Shown here: piece by piece, positions 1-8,411 of the stretch
Layout: every line of letters starts with the position of its first letter
Position numbering within the stretch: the first letter of the stretch is position 1
From: Candidatus Kerfeldbacteria bacterium
GTDB taxonomy: Bacteria > Patescibacteriota > Patescibacteriia > SBBC01 > JACPUP01
Length of the DNA: 33,269 nt
NCBI GenBank assembly: GCA_016192205.1
Contig: JACPUP010000050.1
Coordinates: 1-33,269, forward strand
Direction of reading: 5' to 3'
The notes under the pieces: model-generated
Seen by the model: only the letters and a program-made list of their open reading frames with translations
Database searches by the model: none
Told to the model about the DNA's origin: nothing
Translations under genes and position numbers: made by a program

Positions 1-134
1 GATGGCCCGGTCACGGCGATGAACTCGCCCGGCTTGATGCTCACACTCACGTCTTCGAGTGCCTGCACCGTTATGCCACCAAGGTGAAAATGACGGCTGG
101 CGTGTGAGAGTGCAATGAGCGGTTGCGCGACCAT
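1..134 (-). CDS. ABC transporter ATP-binding protein (LolD/MacB-like), N-terminal part only (runs off window)
   Basis: Manual translation from ATG at 134: MVAQPLIALSHASRHFHLGGITVQALEDVSVSIKPGEFIAVTGP, the typical lead-in to a Walker A motif; starts 4 nt after the upstream stop at 139. Confidence 0.85.
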   Translation of the reverse strand, partial: MVAQPLIALSHASRHFHLGGITVQALEDVSVSIKPGEFIAVTGP

Positions 135-138
135 GCGC

Positions 139-1656
139 TTAAAACAGGTGCCTGCCCCACTGGATGAGCGTCTGCGCGTCTTGCGAGCGCGTGGTGTTCG
201 ACGGGCTGAACAAGACAATGACGATGAACGTCTTGCCGCCGTCACCAACCGCCTCGAGTGCTACGCACCGGCCAGCCTCGTTGAGAAAACCGGTCTTGGC
301 GCCGTAGATCGGCTCGTCGTCGAGTACCCGGTTGTAGAGGTACAAGGGGTTCTTGATGGTTCGCACCTCGCGAGTGTCGAGCTTCGTGTAGGACACGGCC
401 CGTCGCGTCGTCGCATTGCGGATGATACGCTCGTCCATGGCGACATCGACCAGCTTGGCCAGGTCGCGAGCGGTCGAGACGTTGCCGACATCCAGACCGG
501 TCGGGTCAACGAACCGCGTATTCACCAGGCCCAGTCCGGCGGCTTTCTCGTTCATCGTGGCAACGAATTGGTCACGGGTGAGCCCAGTTGACCGCGCCAG
601 GGCCAGGGCGGCGTTGTTTGCCGAGCCGGTCAGCGTCGCATACAAGAGATCCCGGACGGTGACCCGCTCGCCTGGGCTCACAGCGAGGCGGACGCCGGGA
701 TCAGGCTGCGGGGTATCCTCGGTTTGCATCGTCACGACCGTCTGGAAGCTCGGCCGGTGCTCCAAGAAGACCAAGGCGGTCATGAGTTTAGTCAGGCTGG
801 CGATGGAGCGCTCCACCCCGCCCTTTTTCTCCCAGACCACGGCGTCGGTTTCCGGATTGTAGACGAGCGCAGTTCTGGCACTAACGGCCGGCGGTATTGC
901 GTCAACGGTTCCGAGTTCCGCATCCTTCGCTAACGGCTCCACCCGCACCCGGGCCAGCCCAGCGCTCGGCGACGCAACTTTCGTGAACGCGGTCAGAGAC
1001 AGATCAATGACTCGGCTATTCACGTAGGGGCCGCGCGAAACCACCTCAACGTTGACCGTCGCGCCGGTCTCGAGGTTCGTGACGCGCAGATGGCTGCCGA
1101 GAGGAAATTCGTTGTTGGCAGCACCGTAGGGGTACGCGCTCGACCGGTACCAACTCGCCAACCCTTCTTGCGAACGGTCATCCTCGGCTACGACGACCTG
1201 ACCGGAGGGCGAGAAGAGCTTGGCGCGGATGCGTTGGCTGTCCGGGCTGTCCCACGACGGAAGCTTTTTCCATCCCGCGCCAGTCCCGATGTACACGGCC
1301 CGCTTTTTGTTCGTCTGCGAATTGTACGCGATGCGCAGGTAGATCGGCTTGGTAATGGCTTCACGCTCCGCCTGCTGGATATCAAACACCCAAAAGTCAG
1401 ACACGGCCATGAGCCCGTCGGGTAAGGGAACGCTATCAATGCGGCCAGGCTGGATGACGAGCGTGAGCGGCCGGGTGAAGACGCCAGGGAAAATGCCGAA
1501 CGCAAAGTCCCGGCTCTCGGCGTTCAAAGTAAATCCCTGGGCGACGGCCTCCGGGCCCAAGTACACCTCCTGGCGCGCATCCGCTTGACCATGCGCCGGT
1601 TCGGTCAGTACACTGAACGCCGCAACGACTGCGACGGCCACGACGAACAGGCGCAA
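139..1656 (-). CDS. Secreted fusion: N-terminal unknown domain + RlpA-like double-psi beta-barrel + peptidase S11 (D-Ala-D-Ala carboxypeptidase/PBP7-like)
   Basis: RlpA-like GLASWY, SRGPY..RVIDLS; S11 motifs SLTK (SxxK), SAN (SxN), KTG. TTG at 1656 precedes a signal-peptide-like stretch (LRLFVVAVAVVAAFSVLTEPAHG). Start uncertain: frame is open to ATG 1851. Confidence 0.85.
   Translation of the reverse strand: MRLFVVAVAVVAAFSVLTEPAHGQADARQEVYLGPEAVAQGFTLNAESRDFAFGIFPGVFTRPLTLVIQPGRIDSVPLPDGLMAVSDFWVFDIQQAEREAITKPIYLRIAYNSQTNKKRAVYIGTGAGWKKLPSWDSPDSQRIRAKLFSPSGQVVVAEDDRSQEGLASWYRSSAYPYGAANNEFPLGSHLRVTNLETGATVNVEVVSRGPYVNSRVIDLSLTAFTKVASPSAGLARVRVEPLAKDAELGTVDAIPPAVSARTALVYNPETDAVVWEKKGGVERSIASLTKLMTALVFLEHRPSFQTVVTMQTEDTPQPDPGVRLAVSPGERVTVRDLLYATLTGSANNAALALARSTGLTRDQFVATMNEKAAGLGLVNTRFVDPTGLDVGNVSTARDLAKLVDVAMDERIIRNATTRRAVSYTKLDTREVRTIKNPLYLYNRVLDDEPIYGAKTGFLNEAGRCVALEAVGDGGKTFIVIVLFSPSNTTRSQDAQTLIQWGRHLF
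1585..1614 (+). promoter_or_regulatory. Putative sigma70 promoter for tRNA-Gly, inside the opposite-strand CDS
   Basis: TTGACC (1585-1590), 18 nt, TACACT (1609-1614), about 58 nt upstream of the tRNA. Confidence 0.55.
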
Positions 1657-1672
1657 CCCGGGCGGTCGCCGC

Positions 1673-1746
1673 GCGGGATTCGTACAGTGGTAGTACACTG
1701 GCTTCCCAAGCCAGAGAGGCGGGTTCGATTCCCGTATCCCGCTCCA
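1673..1746 (+). tRNA. tRNA-Gly(CCC)
   Basis: Acceptor GCGGGAT/ATCCCGC, anticodon arm CTGGC-TTCCCAA-GCCAG, T-loop GGTTCGATTCC, encoded 3' TCCA. Confidence 0.96.
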
Positions 1747-1847
1747 TCGGCGCAATCCATACAACCGAACCCGCTCGTCCGGTAGGCGGAGCGAGTCATT
1801 CGTGTTGATCATCGCTGGCCCTGGTCGAGGGACGCTTTTCGTTGTGC

Positions 1848-2609
1848 TCATGCCTGTTTCGCGATTGCCTGAACAAAGCCAATAATACGGTCTATGATTC
1901 GGTCTGCCTCTTTGGAGAGAAGCACATGGTGGATTCGCTCGTCAACCCAGAGGAGCGCTTTGTGGGTGCTGCCGGCGTGCTCGGAGAGGAAGTAGGCGGA
2001 GCTGGGGTGCACTTCATAATCCTTCTTCGCTTGGACGACGAAAAGCGGCACGCGCACGCCCTCCAGCTCGCGCTTGGTGTGCCGGTCGATGAAGCGGATG
2101 ACTTCAGCATACGCCCGCAACGGGATGCGAAGGTACGAACCAGCGGCGCGCTGGGCTGCCGGATCCTTGACCCATGATTTGCGATGGTACGGTTGAATCC
2201 GCGTGAGGATGGGCAACAGCGCGCGGTTCATCAAATCGTGGCGGGCACTCACGGGCGTGCCGAGCGTGACCACCCCGGCAATGGGCGGGCCCATGAGCGC
2301 CGCGTACAAGGCGAGGTTTCCGCCAAAGGAATCGCCGATAACAATGATGCGCTGCGTCTGTCGCCGCAGCCGATCAATACCCGCCCGGAGCGAGAGCACC
2401 CAGTCAGATGAGGTTTTCGTTGCCAGATCCTCTTCGCTCGTCCCGTGACCCGCCAACCAGATGGTGTGGACGGTCCAGCCTTGGGCTATCAATCGTGGAA
2501 TGAGTGGCGCAAAACTGGCGGGTGAACCGGAAAAACCATGCACCAAGAGAATGCCGGTATCGTCGCCGTGGTGCTGGAGTGGGGCTGGGGACTCGAGAGT
2601 TGACGCCAT
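1848..2609 (-). CDS. Alpha/beta hydrolase (carboxylesterase/monoacylglycerol lipase-like)
   Basis: HGFSG oxyanion motif, GDSFG nucleophile elbow, candidate catalytic Asp (KKDYEV) and His (IHH). Confidence 0.9.
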   Translation of the reverse strand: MASTLESPAPLQHHGDDTGILLVHGFSGSPASFAPLIPRLIAQGWTVHTIWLAGHGTSEEDLATKTSSDWVLSLRAGIDRLRRQTQRIIVIGDSFGGNLALYAALMGPPIAGVVTLGTPVSARHDLMNRALLPILTRIQPYHRKSWVKDPAAQRAAGSYLRIPLRAYAEVIRFIDRHTKRELEGVRVPLFVVQAKKDYEVHPSSAYFLSEHAGSTHKALLWVDERIHHVLLSKEADRIIDRIIGFVQAIAKQA

Positions 2610-2628
2610 CGGGAATCTCCCCTACGCT
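2600..2628 (+). promoter_or_regulatory. Putative sigma70 promoter for tRNA-Thr
   Basis: TTGACG (2600-2605), 17 nt, TACGCT (2623-2628); the -35 lies in the first codons of the divergent hydrolase gene. Confidence 0.6.
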
Positions 2629-2663
2629 CCCTCCTGCCAGTGGTACACGAGCCTACGCTCCCT

Positions 2664-2739
2664 GCCGAAGTAGCTCAGCTGGTAGAGCAGTGCTTTCGTA
2701 AAGCAAAGGTCGTGGGTTCGAATCCCACCTTCGGCTCCA
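2664..2739 (+). tRNA. tRNA-Thr(CGT)
   Basis: Acceptor GCCGAAG/CTTCGGC, D-arm GCTC-AGCTGGTA-GAGC, anticodon loop TTCGTAA, T-loop GGTTCGAATCC, 3' TCCA; 76 nt. Confidence 0.96.
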
Positions 2740-2753
2740 GGCTTTCGTCTCCT

Positions 2754-2806
2754 CCGGTCGGTTTCACCCTTCGGGTGACCGCCCGCAGGGCGGCGGATCC
2801 GACCGG
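2754..2806. repeat. Branched (Y-shaped) inverted-repeat element between convergent tRNA-Thr and prsA-like gene
   Basis: Outer stem CCGGTCGG (2754-2761)/CCGACCGG (2799-2806) encloses TCACCC-TTC-GGGTGA (2764-2778) and CCGCCC-GCA-GGGCGG (2779-2793). Confidence 0.75.
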
Positions 2807-2835
2807 TGGCTTTGGCCCGCCTCACCCACGTCATC

Positions 2836-3879
2836 CTACGATCCTTGCCCGCGCACAACCACGCGGCTACTTTCCGGATCCCAGGCCAAGGCCGGGTGGT
2901 AGATGCTGACGCGTGCCGTTGCCAACTGTTCCGCAATCCAGGTGTCGATGGATTTCGCGCGAATCAGAATGTGGCGCGGGTGCAGGACGACAGAACCGTC
3001 CGCGTCAGGCGGAACGCTCTCCATGAGTTCAACGATGTGGTAGCCTTGGCTCGTGCGGACAAGACCGGACCGCTCGCCCGGTCCAAGCACTTTGGCCGCA
3101 TCGAATAATGCCTGATCGACGTCGCCCTCGCGGACGTAGCCGAGGTCGCCGCCCTGGAGTCGCGTCGAGGCATCATCGCTCAACTCGGCCGCCAAGGTAT
3201 CGAACGCTTCCGTACTCTCCTCCACGCGCCGCACGACATCGTTCGCTTTAGCCGTCAGATCAGGATTGATGTCATCATCGAACGCAATGTCGCGCTCCAG
3301 TCGGTCGCGGAGGACCGAGTAACGCACCACGAGCTGCTGGTACTGGTCAATCGTCAGGCCGAACTGTTCCTCGAGCTGCTGGGTTACCTGATTGAGATCC
3401 ACTCCCTCGACGACACGGTCGAACGCGTCGCTGATGGCCTGGCGCTCGGCGGTGATTGTTCGCCGCGCGGCCAGCTCCTCCAGGATGGCGTTGTGGACCA
3501 ACCGATCGAGTACGACCTGTCGGACTTGCGCGTCGGAGAGTTCCTCGGAGAAGAGCTCGGGTGCTTGGCTGCGCTGGTAGGCGATGAAGACGCGCAACGT
3601 TGCTTCGTCGCGCCGCAAGGCCTGCCCGCTAATGAACCGACTGTCGACTTTCGCCACGGGCAGCCGCAACGCATCGCCAACGCTGGCGACCAACGCCGGC
3701 GCACCTTTCCACCAGTAGAAACTCGCGATTTCGGCAATCAAGAACGCGAGGACGACGCTGCCAGCGAGCCACCACAGTCCGGCGCGAGGACTAGGCGACC
3801 GCTGTCGAGCCGGCGTGGGCGTTGGCGTTTCAGCGGGCGAAGCAGATGCGTGGAGTGTCGTGGTCTGGTGTGTCGTCAT
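2836..3879 (-). CDS. PrsA/SurA-like foldase (parvulin-type peptidyl-prolyl isomerase), membrane anchored
   Basis: N-terminal TM, SurA-N-like helical region, rotamase motif FDTLAAELSDD..GGDLGY..SGLVRTSQGYHIV. Confidence 0.9.
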   Translation of the reverse strand: MTTHQTTTLHASASPAETPTPTPARQRSPSPRAGLWWLAGSVVLAFLIAEIASFYWWKGAPALVASVGDALRLPVAKVDSRFISGQALRRDEATLRVFIAYQRSQAPELFSEELSDAQVRQVVLDRLVHNAILEELAARRTITAERQAISDAFDRVVEGVDLNQVTQQLEEQFGLTIDQYQQLVVRYSVLRDRLERDIAFDDDINPDLTAKANDVVRRVEESTEAFDTLAAELSDDASTRLQGGDLGYVREGDVDQALFDAAKVLGPGERSGLVRTSQGYHIVELMESVPPDADGSVVLHPRHILIRAKSIDTWIAEQLATARVSIYHPALAWDPESSRVVVRGQGS

Positions 3880-3885
3880 AGCGTT

Positions 3886-4290
3886 TTACGTCCCAAAGAA
3901 GTATTGCCACCACCGTTGGGGAAGTGGGTTCGAACCGTTGGCGGTGGAGGTGACCGCCGCGGCATCGTCTTCGCTCGCCGTGATTGCGTTGACGGTTGGC
4001 TGTTGGATGAGCAGCGCTCGCTCGCCCGGATGGGCCAAATTGAGCCGGGTCCGCGCTTCGCGCTCCTGGGCGGTGGCTGTTTGAAATTCAGCAATCAAGC
4101 GCTGGAGTTCGTCGCGTCGACTGGTCAGCGACGCCACCTCGGCCCGCAACGCAGCAATGTCATCGGCAACGGCCCGCCGGCGGAGGAGTTCCCGGCTCAC
4201 CCCAATGCTGAAGACGACAATGAGGAGCACGCCGACGAGCAAAACCCACTCGCCGCGCAAACGGTCCTGCCAGCCGGACGGGAAGCGCAT
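3886..4290 (-). CDS. Septum formation initiator (FtsB/DivIC family)
   Basis: Single TM, coiled coil, EREARTRLNLAHPGE motif; ATG 4290 chosen because TATACT lies 9 nt upstream and it avoids overlap with the next gene. Confidence 0.85.
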   Translation of the reverse strand: MRFPSGWQDRLRGEWVLLVGVLLIVVFSIGVSRELLRRRAVADDIAALRAEVASLTSRRDELQRLIAEFQTATAQEREARTRLNLAHPGERALLIQQPTVNAITASEDDAAAVTSTANGSNPLPQRWWQYFFGT

Positions 4291-4324
4291 AGCGCAGTGA
4301 GTATACTCGACCCGCTCGTTCGGT

Positions 4325-4900
4325 TCAACTCCGTTTCCGGTGCGGCTGCGATTCAATGCGCTTGAGGGCGGCCAGGATGCGCCCCGCCGCATCATCACCA
4401 GACGGGTCGGCGTGATCGCGCATCACCTGGAGAATCCGCTCCTGCACGCGCTGGGGTTCTCTCACCCCCGTCAGCTCGAGCCTAAGGTCGCTGCCGGCGG
4501 TCTGGATTTCCAGCCGGCCGATCTTGAACACGGTCGGCCAGAGTCCGCGAATGGAAAAACTCACGTCCTGGATTTTCCCGTAGGCCGCGGACGAGACTTC
4601 GGTCGTGAAGAAACCGTGTTGGTCAACATCAATAATTCGCTCATTCGTCAACACGAAGGCGTTGACCGACCACACGAACCAGGTGCGGAAGCCGTAGACG
4701 ACGCCGCTGACGATTGCCCCGATGAAGATGGCCACGCCCCAGGCGCCGAACCGGAACAACGGGATGAGGAGGAAGAACGGCACGAGGAACAACCCGACCG
4801 CCAGGGCGGCCCGGCCGAGTTCAACGATGGGCGCGCGCCGGATCACGGCCACGAGCGCTTCTCCCTCGCGCAGATTTTTGGTAAGCTTCTGTTCGAACAT
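4325..4900 (-). CDS. Membrane protein with bacterial PH domain (bPH_2/YdbS-like)
   Basis: Two TM helices then FVLTNERIIDVDQHGFF..KIQDVS..GRLEIQTAG..P..VQ. Confidence 0.85.
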   Translation of the reverse strand: MFEQKLTKNLREGEALVAVIRRAPIVELGRAALAVGLFLVPFFLLIPLFRFGAWGVAIFIGAIVSGVVYGFRTWFVWSVNAFVLTNERIIDVDQHGFFTTEVSSAAYGKIQDVSFSIRGLWPTVFKIGRLEIQTAGSDLRLELTGVREPQRVQERILQVMRDHADPSGDDAAGRILAALKRIESQPHRKRS

Positions 4901-5005
4901 ATGCAGCGTCGCACGATACGGATTGTCTGGATCGTTCTCTCGATTCTCATGATCGGGAGCATGATCCTGTTCACCCTCATCCCCTACTTTGGGAGCTTCG
5001 GCTAG
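4901..5005 (+). CDS. Small single-TM protein, 34 aa (DUF4044/Prli42-like pattern)
   Basis: MQRRTIRIVWIVLSILMIGSMILFTLIPYFGSFG: basic N-terminus plus hydrophobic helix; extended -10 TGgTAAGCT at 4879-4887; fills the whole intergenic gap. Confidence 0.7.
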   Translation: MQRRTIRIVWIVLSILMIGSMILFTLIPYFGSFG

Positions 5006-6795
5006 CCCTGGTCGGGTTTGAGCAGCGAGGTCACCACCTCGGCGGACAATTGGACGGACCCGCGTTGCCGCAAGCGCTTCTTGCCTGCCTTCTGTTTCTT
5101 CAACAGCTTCATTTTGCGGGTCACGTCGCCGCCGTAGAGCTTGGCCGTAACGTCCTTGCGGAGCGGCGCCACGCGGGCCGAAGCCAGGATATCGCTCCCG
5201 ACCGCGGCTTGGATGCGGATTTCGAACTGCTCCCGCGGGAGGACCGTGCTCAAGCGTTCAACCAACGTGCGGCCGCGACGCTGGGCTTCAGCCCGCGGAA
5301 CAATAACCGCCAGCGACTCTGCCGCATCGCCGTTGAGCAGGATGTCAAGCTTGGCGACGTCGGCCGGCCGGTACCCGCCCAGAGTCACCTCCAGACTCGC
5401 GTACCCAGCTGAGGCGCTCTTTATCCTATCATAGAAATCCACGAGAATCGACGCGAGCGGCACGGCCGCCGTGATGAGGAGCTGGTCGTCCGCGAAGTTT
5501 TCCGTGGATTCCACCAGGCCGCGCGCGTCGCGAAGAATCTGCAGCAGCTGACTCAAGGCTGACGGCGGCGTGAGGAGTTCGACCGACGCCCACGGCTCTT
5601 CCACGGCGACGAGCGTGTCACCGCTCGGAAACTCGCTCGGTGAATGGACGACGAGCTGGCGTTCCCCGCCTTTGGCCCGAACCGTCACCCGATAGGCAAC
5701 CGAGGGGAAGGAGAAGATGGGTTCGAGGCCGAACTCCCGCTCCAGGCGTTCGCGGACCACGTCCAGGTGCAGCAACCCCAGGAAGCCAGCCCGGAATCCC
5801 TGGCCCAGTGCGCGCGTGTGTTCCGGCTGGAAGGAGAGCGCGGCATCGTTGAGTTTGAGCTTTTCGAGTGCGCTCCGGAGCTGCGGAAAATCCTCACCCG
5901 AGCCCGGGAAGATGCCGGCGAACACAACGGGTTCGGACACGGCAAATGCGCTCAGGGGCGCTGCTCCCGGCGTTTCCGCAACCGTGTCGCCCACGCGAAC
6001 AGCTGCGAGATCTTTGAGTCCAGTCACGACATACCCAATGTCGCCGCTCCCCAACGTCGGCTGTGGTACCCGCTGGGGCGCAAAGGTCCCCACGTCGATC
6101 GCTGTACTCGTCGCCTGGCTGCCGAGGAACACGAGTGGGCTGCCCTTTCGGACGTGGCCGTCGACCACCCGCACGTACGCAACCACGCCCAGGTAGTCGT
6201 CATAGAGCGAATCAATCACCCGCGCGCGCAACGGCGCTTCGACGTTCACGGAAGGTGGGGGTATCTTCGCCACGACTGCTTCCAACACCTCGCGCACGCC
6301 CAGTCCGGTCTTGGCCGAACACCGCAGCACCACGTCGGGTTCAACGCCAATGAGGGCTGCGAATGAGAGGGCAACCGCATCGGTGTTCGCATTTGGCAAA
6401 TCGACCTTGTTCACGACCGGTACAATCGCCAGCCCGAGCGACTGCACGCGCCGGTAGTGGGCCATGGTCTGGGCCTGGATGCCTTGGGTGGCATCGACGA
6501 GCAAAATGACCCCTTCCACGGCAGCCAGCGACCGCGAGACCTCGTCAGTAAAATCCACGTGACCCGGCGTATCGATGAGGTGCAAGGTGTACCCACCGTA
6601 CTGGAGCCGGAGTGGATGGAGCTTGATGGTAATCCCCCGTTCCCGCTCCAGGTCCATGGAATCGAGGAACTGTTCTTTGAACTCACGTTTGGAAACCGCA
6701 CCGGCCAGCTCCAGGAAACGGTCGGCGAGCGTCGACTTCCCATGGTCGATGTGCGCGACAATGGAGAAATTGCGGATAAACGCAACCTCGGTCAT
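5002..6795 (-). CDS. lepA: Elongation factor 4 (LepA)
   Basis: IRNFSIVAHIDHGKSTLADR, ERERGITIK, DTPGHVDF, NKVD, C-terminal KDVTAKLYGGDVTRKMKLL; ATG 6795 overlaps the murJ stop (ATGA). Confidence 0.98.
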   Translation of the reverse strand: MTEVAFIRNFSIVAHIDHGKSTLADRFLELAGAVSKREFKEQFLDSMDLERERGITIKLHPLRLQYGGYTLHLIDTPGHVDFTDEVSRSLAAVEGVILLVDATQGIQAQTMAHYRRVQSLGLAIVPVVNKVDLPNANTDAVALSFAALIGVEPDVVLRCSAKTGLGVREVLEAVVAKIPPPSVNVEAPLRARVIDSLYDDYLGVVAYVRVVDGHVRKGSPLVFLGSQATSTAIDVGTFAPQRVPQPTLGSGDIGYVVTGLKDLAAVRVGDTVAETPGAAPLSAFAVSEPVVFAGIFPGSGEDFPQLRSALEKLKLNDAALSFQPEHTRALGQGFRAGFLGLLHLDVVRERLEREFGLEPIFSFPSVAYRVTVRAKGGERQLVVHSPSEFPSGDTLVAVEEPWASVELLTPPSALSQLLQILRDARGLVESTENFADDQLLITAAVPLASILVDFYDRIKSASAGYASLEVTLGGYRPADVAKLDILLNGDAAESLAVIVPRAEAQRRGRTLVERLSTVLPREQFEIRIQAAVGSDILASARVAPLRKDVTAKLYGGDVTRKMKLLKKQKAGKKRLRQRGSVQLSAEVVTSLLKPDQG

Positions 6796-8396
6796 GACCC
6801 TTCGACCCGGCGGCGTTCCGGCCGCAGCAGCCGCTTCAACCAGTTCCGCACCATGGTCGCTTCGTCTGGGGCAAACAAGAGGATGAGGCCTACGTACACG
6901 ATGATCCCGAGTATGCCGGCTACGCCCGCCTGGAGGAAGAGACCGATGCGCGTCGCCTGGTCCACACCGGCCACGAGGACACGCAACATGAGCCACACCA
7001 CGGCCGCCAGGCCAGCCGAGGCAAAGAGCACTCGGCTGGTCGAGCGCAACACATAGGCGTCATCAAGGTCGCCGACCCGGATGCGCAGGATTGCGTAGAG
7101 CAAGCTCATCTGTAAGAGGTTCGCGATGGAAAATGCAAAGGCAATGCCGAGCACGCCCCACAGGCGGCTGAACACAATCGCCAACGAGATGTTCACGACA
7201 ACGCTCACGACGCTCACCTTGACCGGCGTGAACGTATCCTGGAGCGCATAGAACGACCGCGCCAGCACCGGAATCAGGCTTTGGGCGAACAGCGAGAGCG
7301 CGAAAATGCCCAGCGCCTGGGCGGTGAGGATGGTATCCTCCCAATCGAACTGTCCGAACCCAAAAATGACCCGGACGATGTGCGCGCGCAGCAACAGCAG
7401 CAGCACCGAGATGGGAACGATGAGGAGCAGGATGCGGCGGACACTCCGCGAGAAGTGTTCGGCAAACTTCCGCGTGTCCTTCTCAATGAAGGCTTGGGAG
7501 AAGAGCGGAAACACCGAGATGGCCATAGACACTCCCACGACATTAATGGAAAATGTCTGCAAATCATTGGCGGCGGCCAGCACCGTCACGCTCCCGACCG
7601 CAAGCGTCGACGCAATGATGACACTGACGGTTTGTTCCACCTGCGACACGGCCAGTCCAAGCGTCCGTGGTGCCATGAGCTTCAGAATCTTCCGCACGCC
7701 CGTGTGACCGAAGAGCCCGCGGGGACGGAAGCGAAATCCAGCCCGAATCACCGCTGGGAGCTGGATCAGCAAATGGAGCGCCGCCCCGAGCACGACGCCC
7801 CAGGCCAATCCGGCGATGCCCAACACGGGCTCGAGGACGACGATGCCGAAGATGATTCCCACGTTGTAGAAGAGCGGTGCCAGCGAGTATGCGAGAAACC
7901 TTCGCAGCGCCGTCAGGATGCCGCTCAACACGTTCGAGAACGCGAAGAGGACGGTGGCGAGCAACATGATGCGCGTAAGCCCGACGGTCGCCGACTGTTT
8001 CGCAGCATCGAAGCCGGGGGCGATCAACGGCACCAGCTGCGGCGCGAACGCTGCCGCGACGGCGGCCAATCCCCCAATCGTCAGAACGAGTACCACCATG
8101 AGACCGCTGGCGAGCTGCCACGCGCCTGGTTGTTCATCCCCGTGGTTCCAATACTGGAGGAAGACGGGGATGAATGCAGCCGACAGAGCACCGAGGACGA
8201 GAATATTGAAGATGAGGTCCGGCACCTTGAACGCCGCCAGGTACACGTCCGTCGCGTCGCCGGCCCCAAACCGAGCCAGCAGCACGCTCGTCCGCACCAA
8301 CCCGACGACTTTGGATAAGACAAAACCGACGGCGATGATCAGCGCGCCGGCGGTCACACTCCGCAGTCTCGTCTGATGCAGTGAGGAGTCACCCAC
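6792..8396 (-). CDS. murJ: Lipid II flippase MurJ (MviN)
   Basis: SKVVGLVR..FGAG..DVYLAAFKVPD..GALSAAFIPVF; RSFYALQDTFTP; many TMs; GTG 8396 lies 6 nt after an extended -10. Confidence 0.95.
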   Translation of the reverse strand: MGDSSLHQTRLRSVTAGALIIAVGFVLSKVVGLVRTSVLLARFGAGDATDVYLAAFKVPDLIFNILVLGALSAAFIPVFLQYWNHGDEQPGAWQLASGLMVVLVLTIGGLAAVAAAFAPQLVPLIAPGFDAAKQSATVGLTRIMLLATVLFAFSNVLSGILTALRRFLAYSLAPLFYNVGIIFGIVVLEPVLGIAGLAWGVVLGAALHLLIQLPAVIRAGFRFRPRGLFGHTGVRKILKLMAPRTLGLAVSQVEQTVSVIIASTLAVGSVTVLAAANDLQTFSINVVGVSMAISVFPLFSQAFIEKDTRKFAEHFSRSVRRILLLIVPISVLLLLLRAHIVRVIFGFGQFDWEDTILTAQALGIFALSLFAQSLIPVLARSFYALQDTFTPVKVSVVSVVVNISLAIVFSRLWGVLGIAFAFSIANLLQMSLLYAILRIRVGDLDDAYVLRSTSRVLFASAGLAAVVWLMLRVLVAGVDQATRIGLFLQAGVAGILGIIVYVGLILLFAPDEATMVRNWLKRLLRPERRRVEGS

Positions 8397-8402
8397 GGAC
8401 GG

Positions 8403-8411
8403 ATAGTAGCA
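8403..8411 (-). promoter_or_regulatory. Extended -10 promoter, leaderless murJ-lepA transcript
   Basis: TGcTACTAT, 6 nt, GTG. Confidence 0.65.

Noticed and set aside
1673-2830. tRNAs as integration sites of an island or prophage
   Set aside because: No integrase and no duplicated tRNA 3' end noticed in the window; flanks are housekeeping genes
5002-6996. ORF-track N-terminal extensions of lepA (also murJ to 8540, eno to 27291, gpmI to 25604, GT4 to 16966, GH to 20293)
   Set aside because: Extensions overlap neighbouring genes or promoters and lack family similarity; better starts lie downstream
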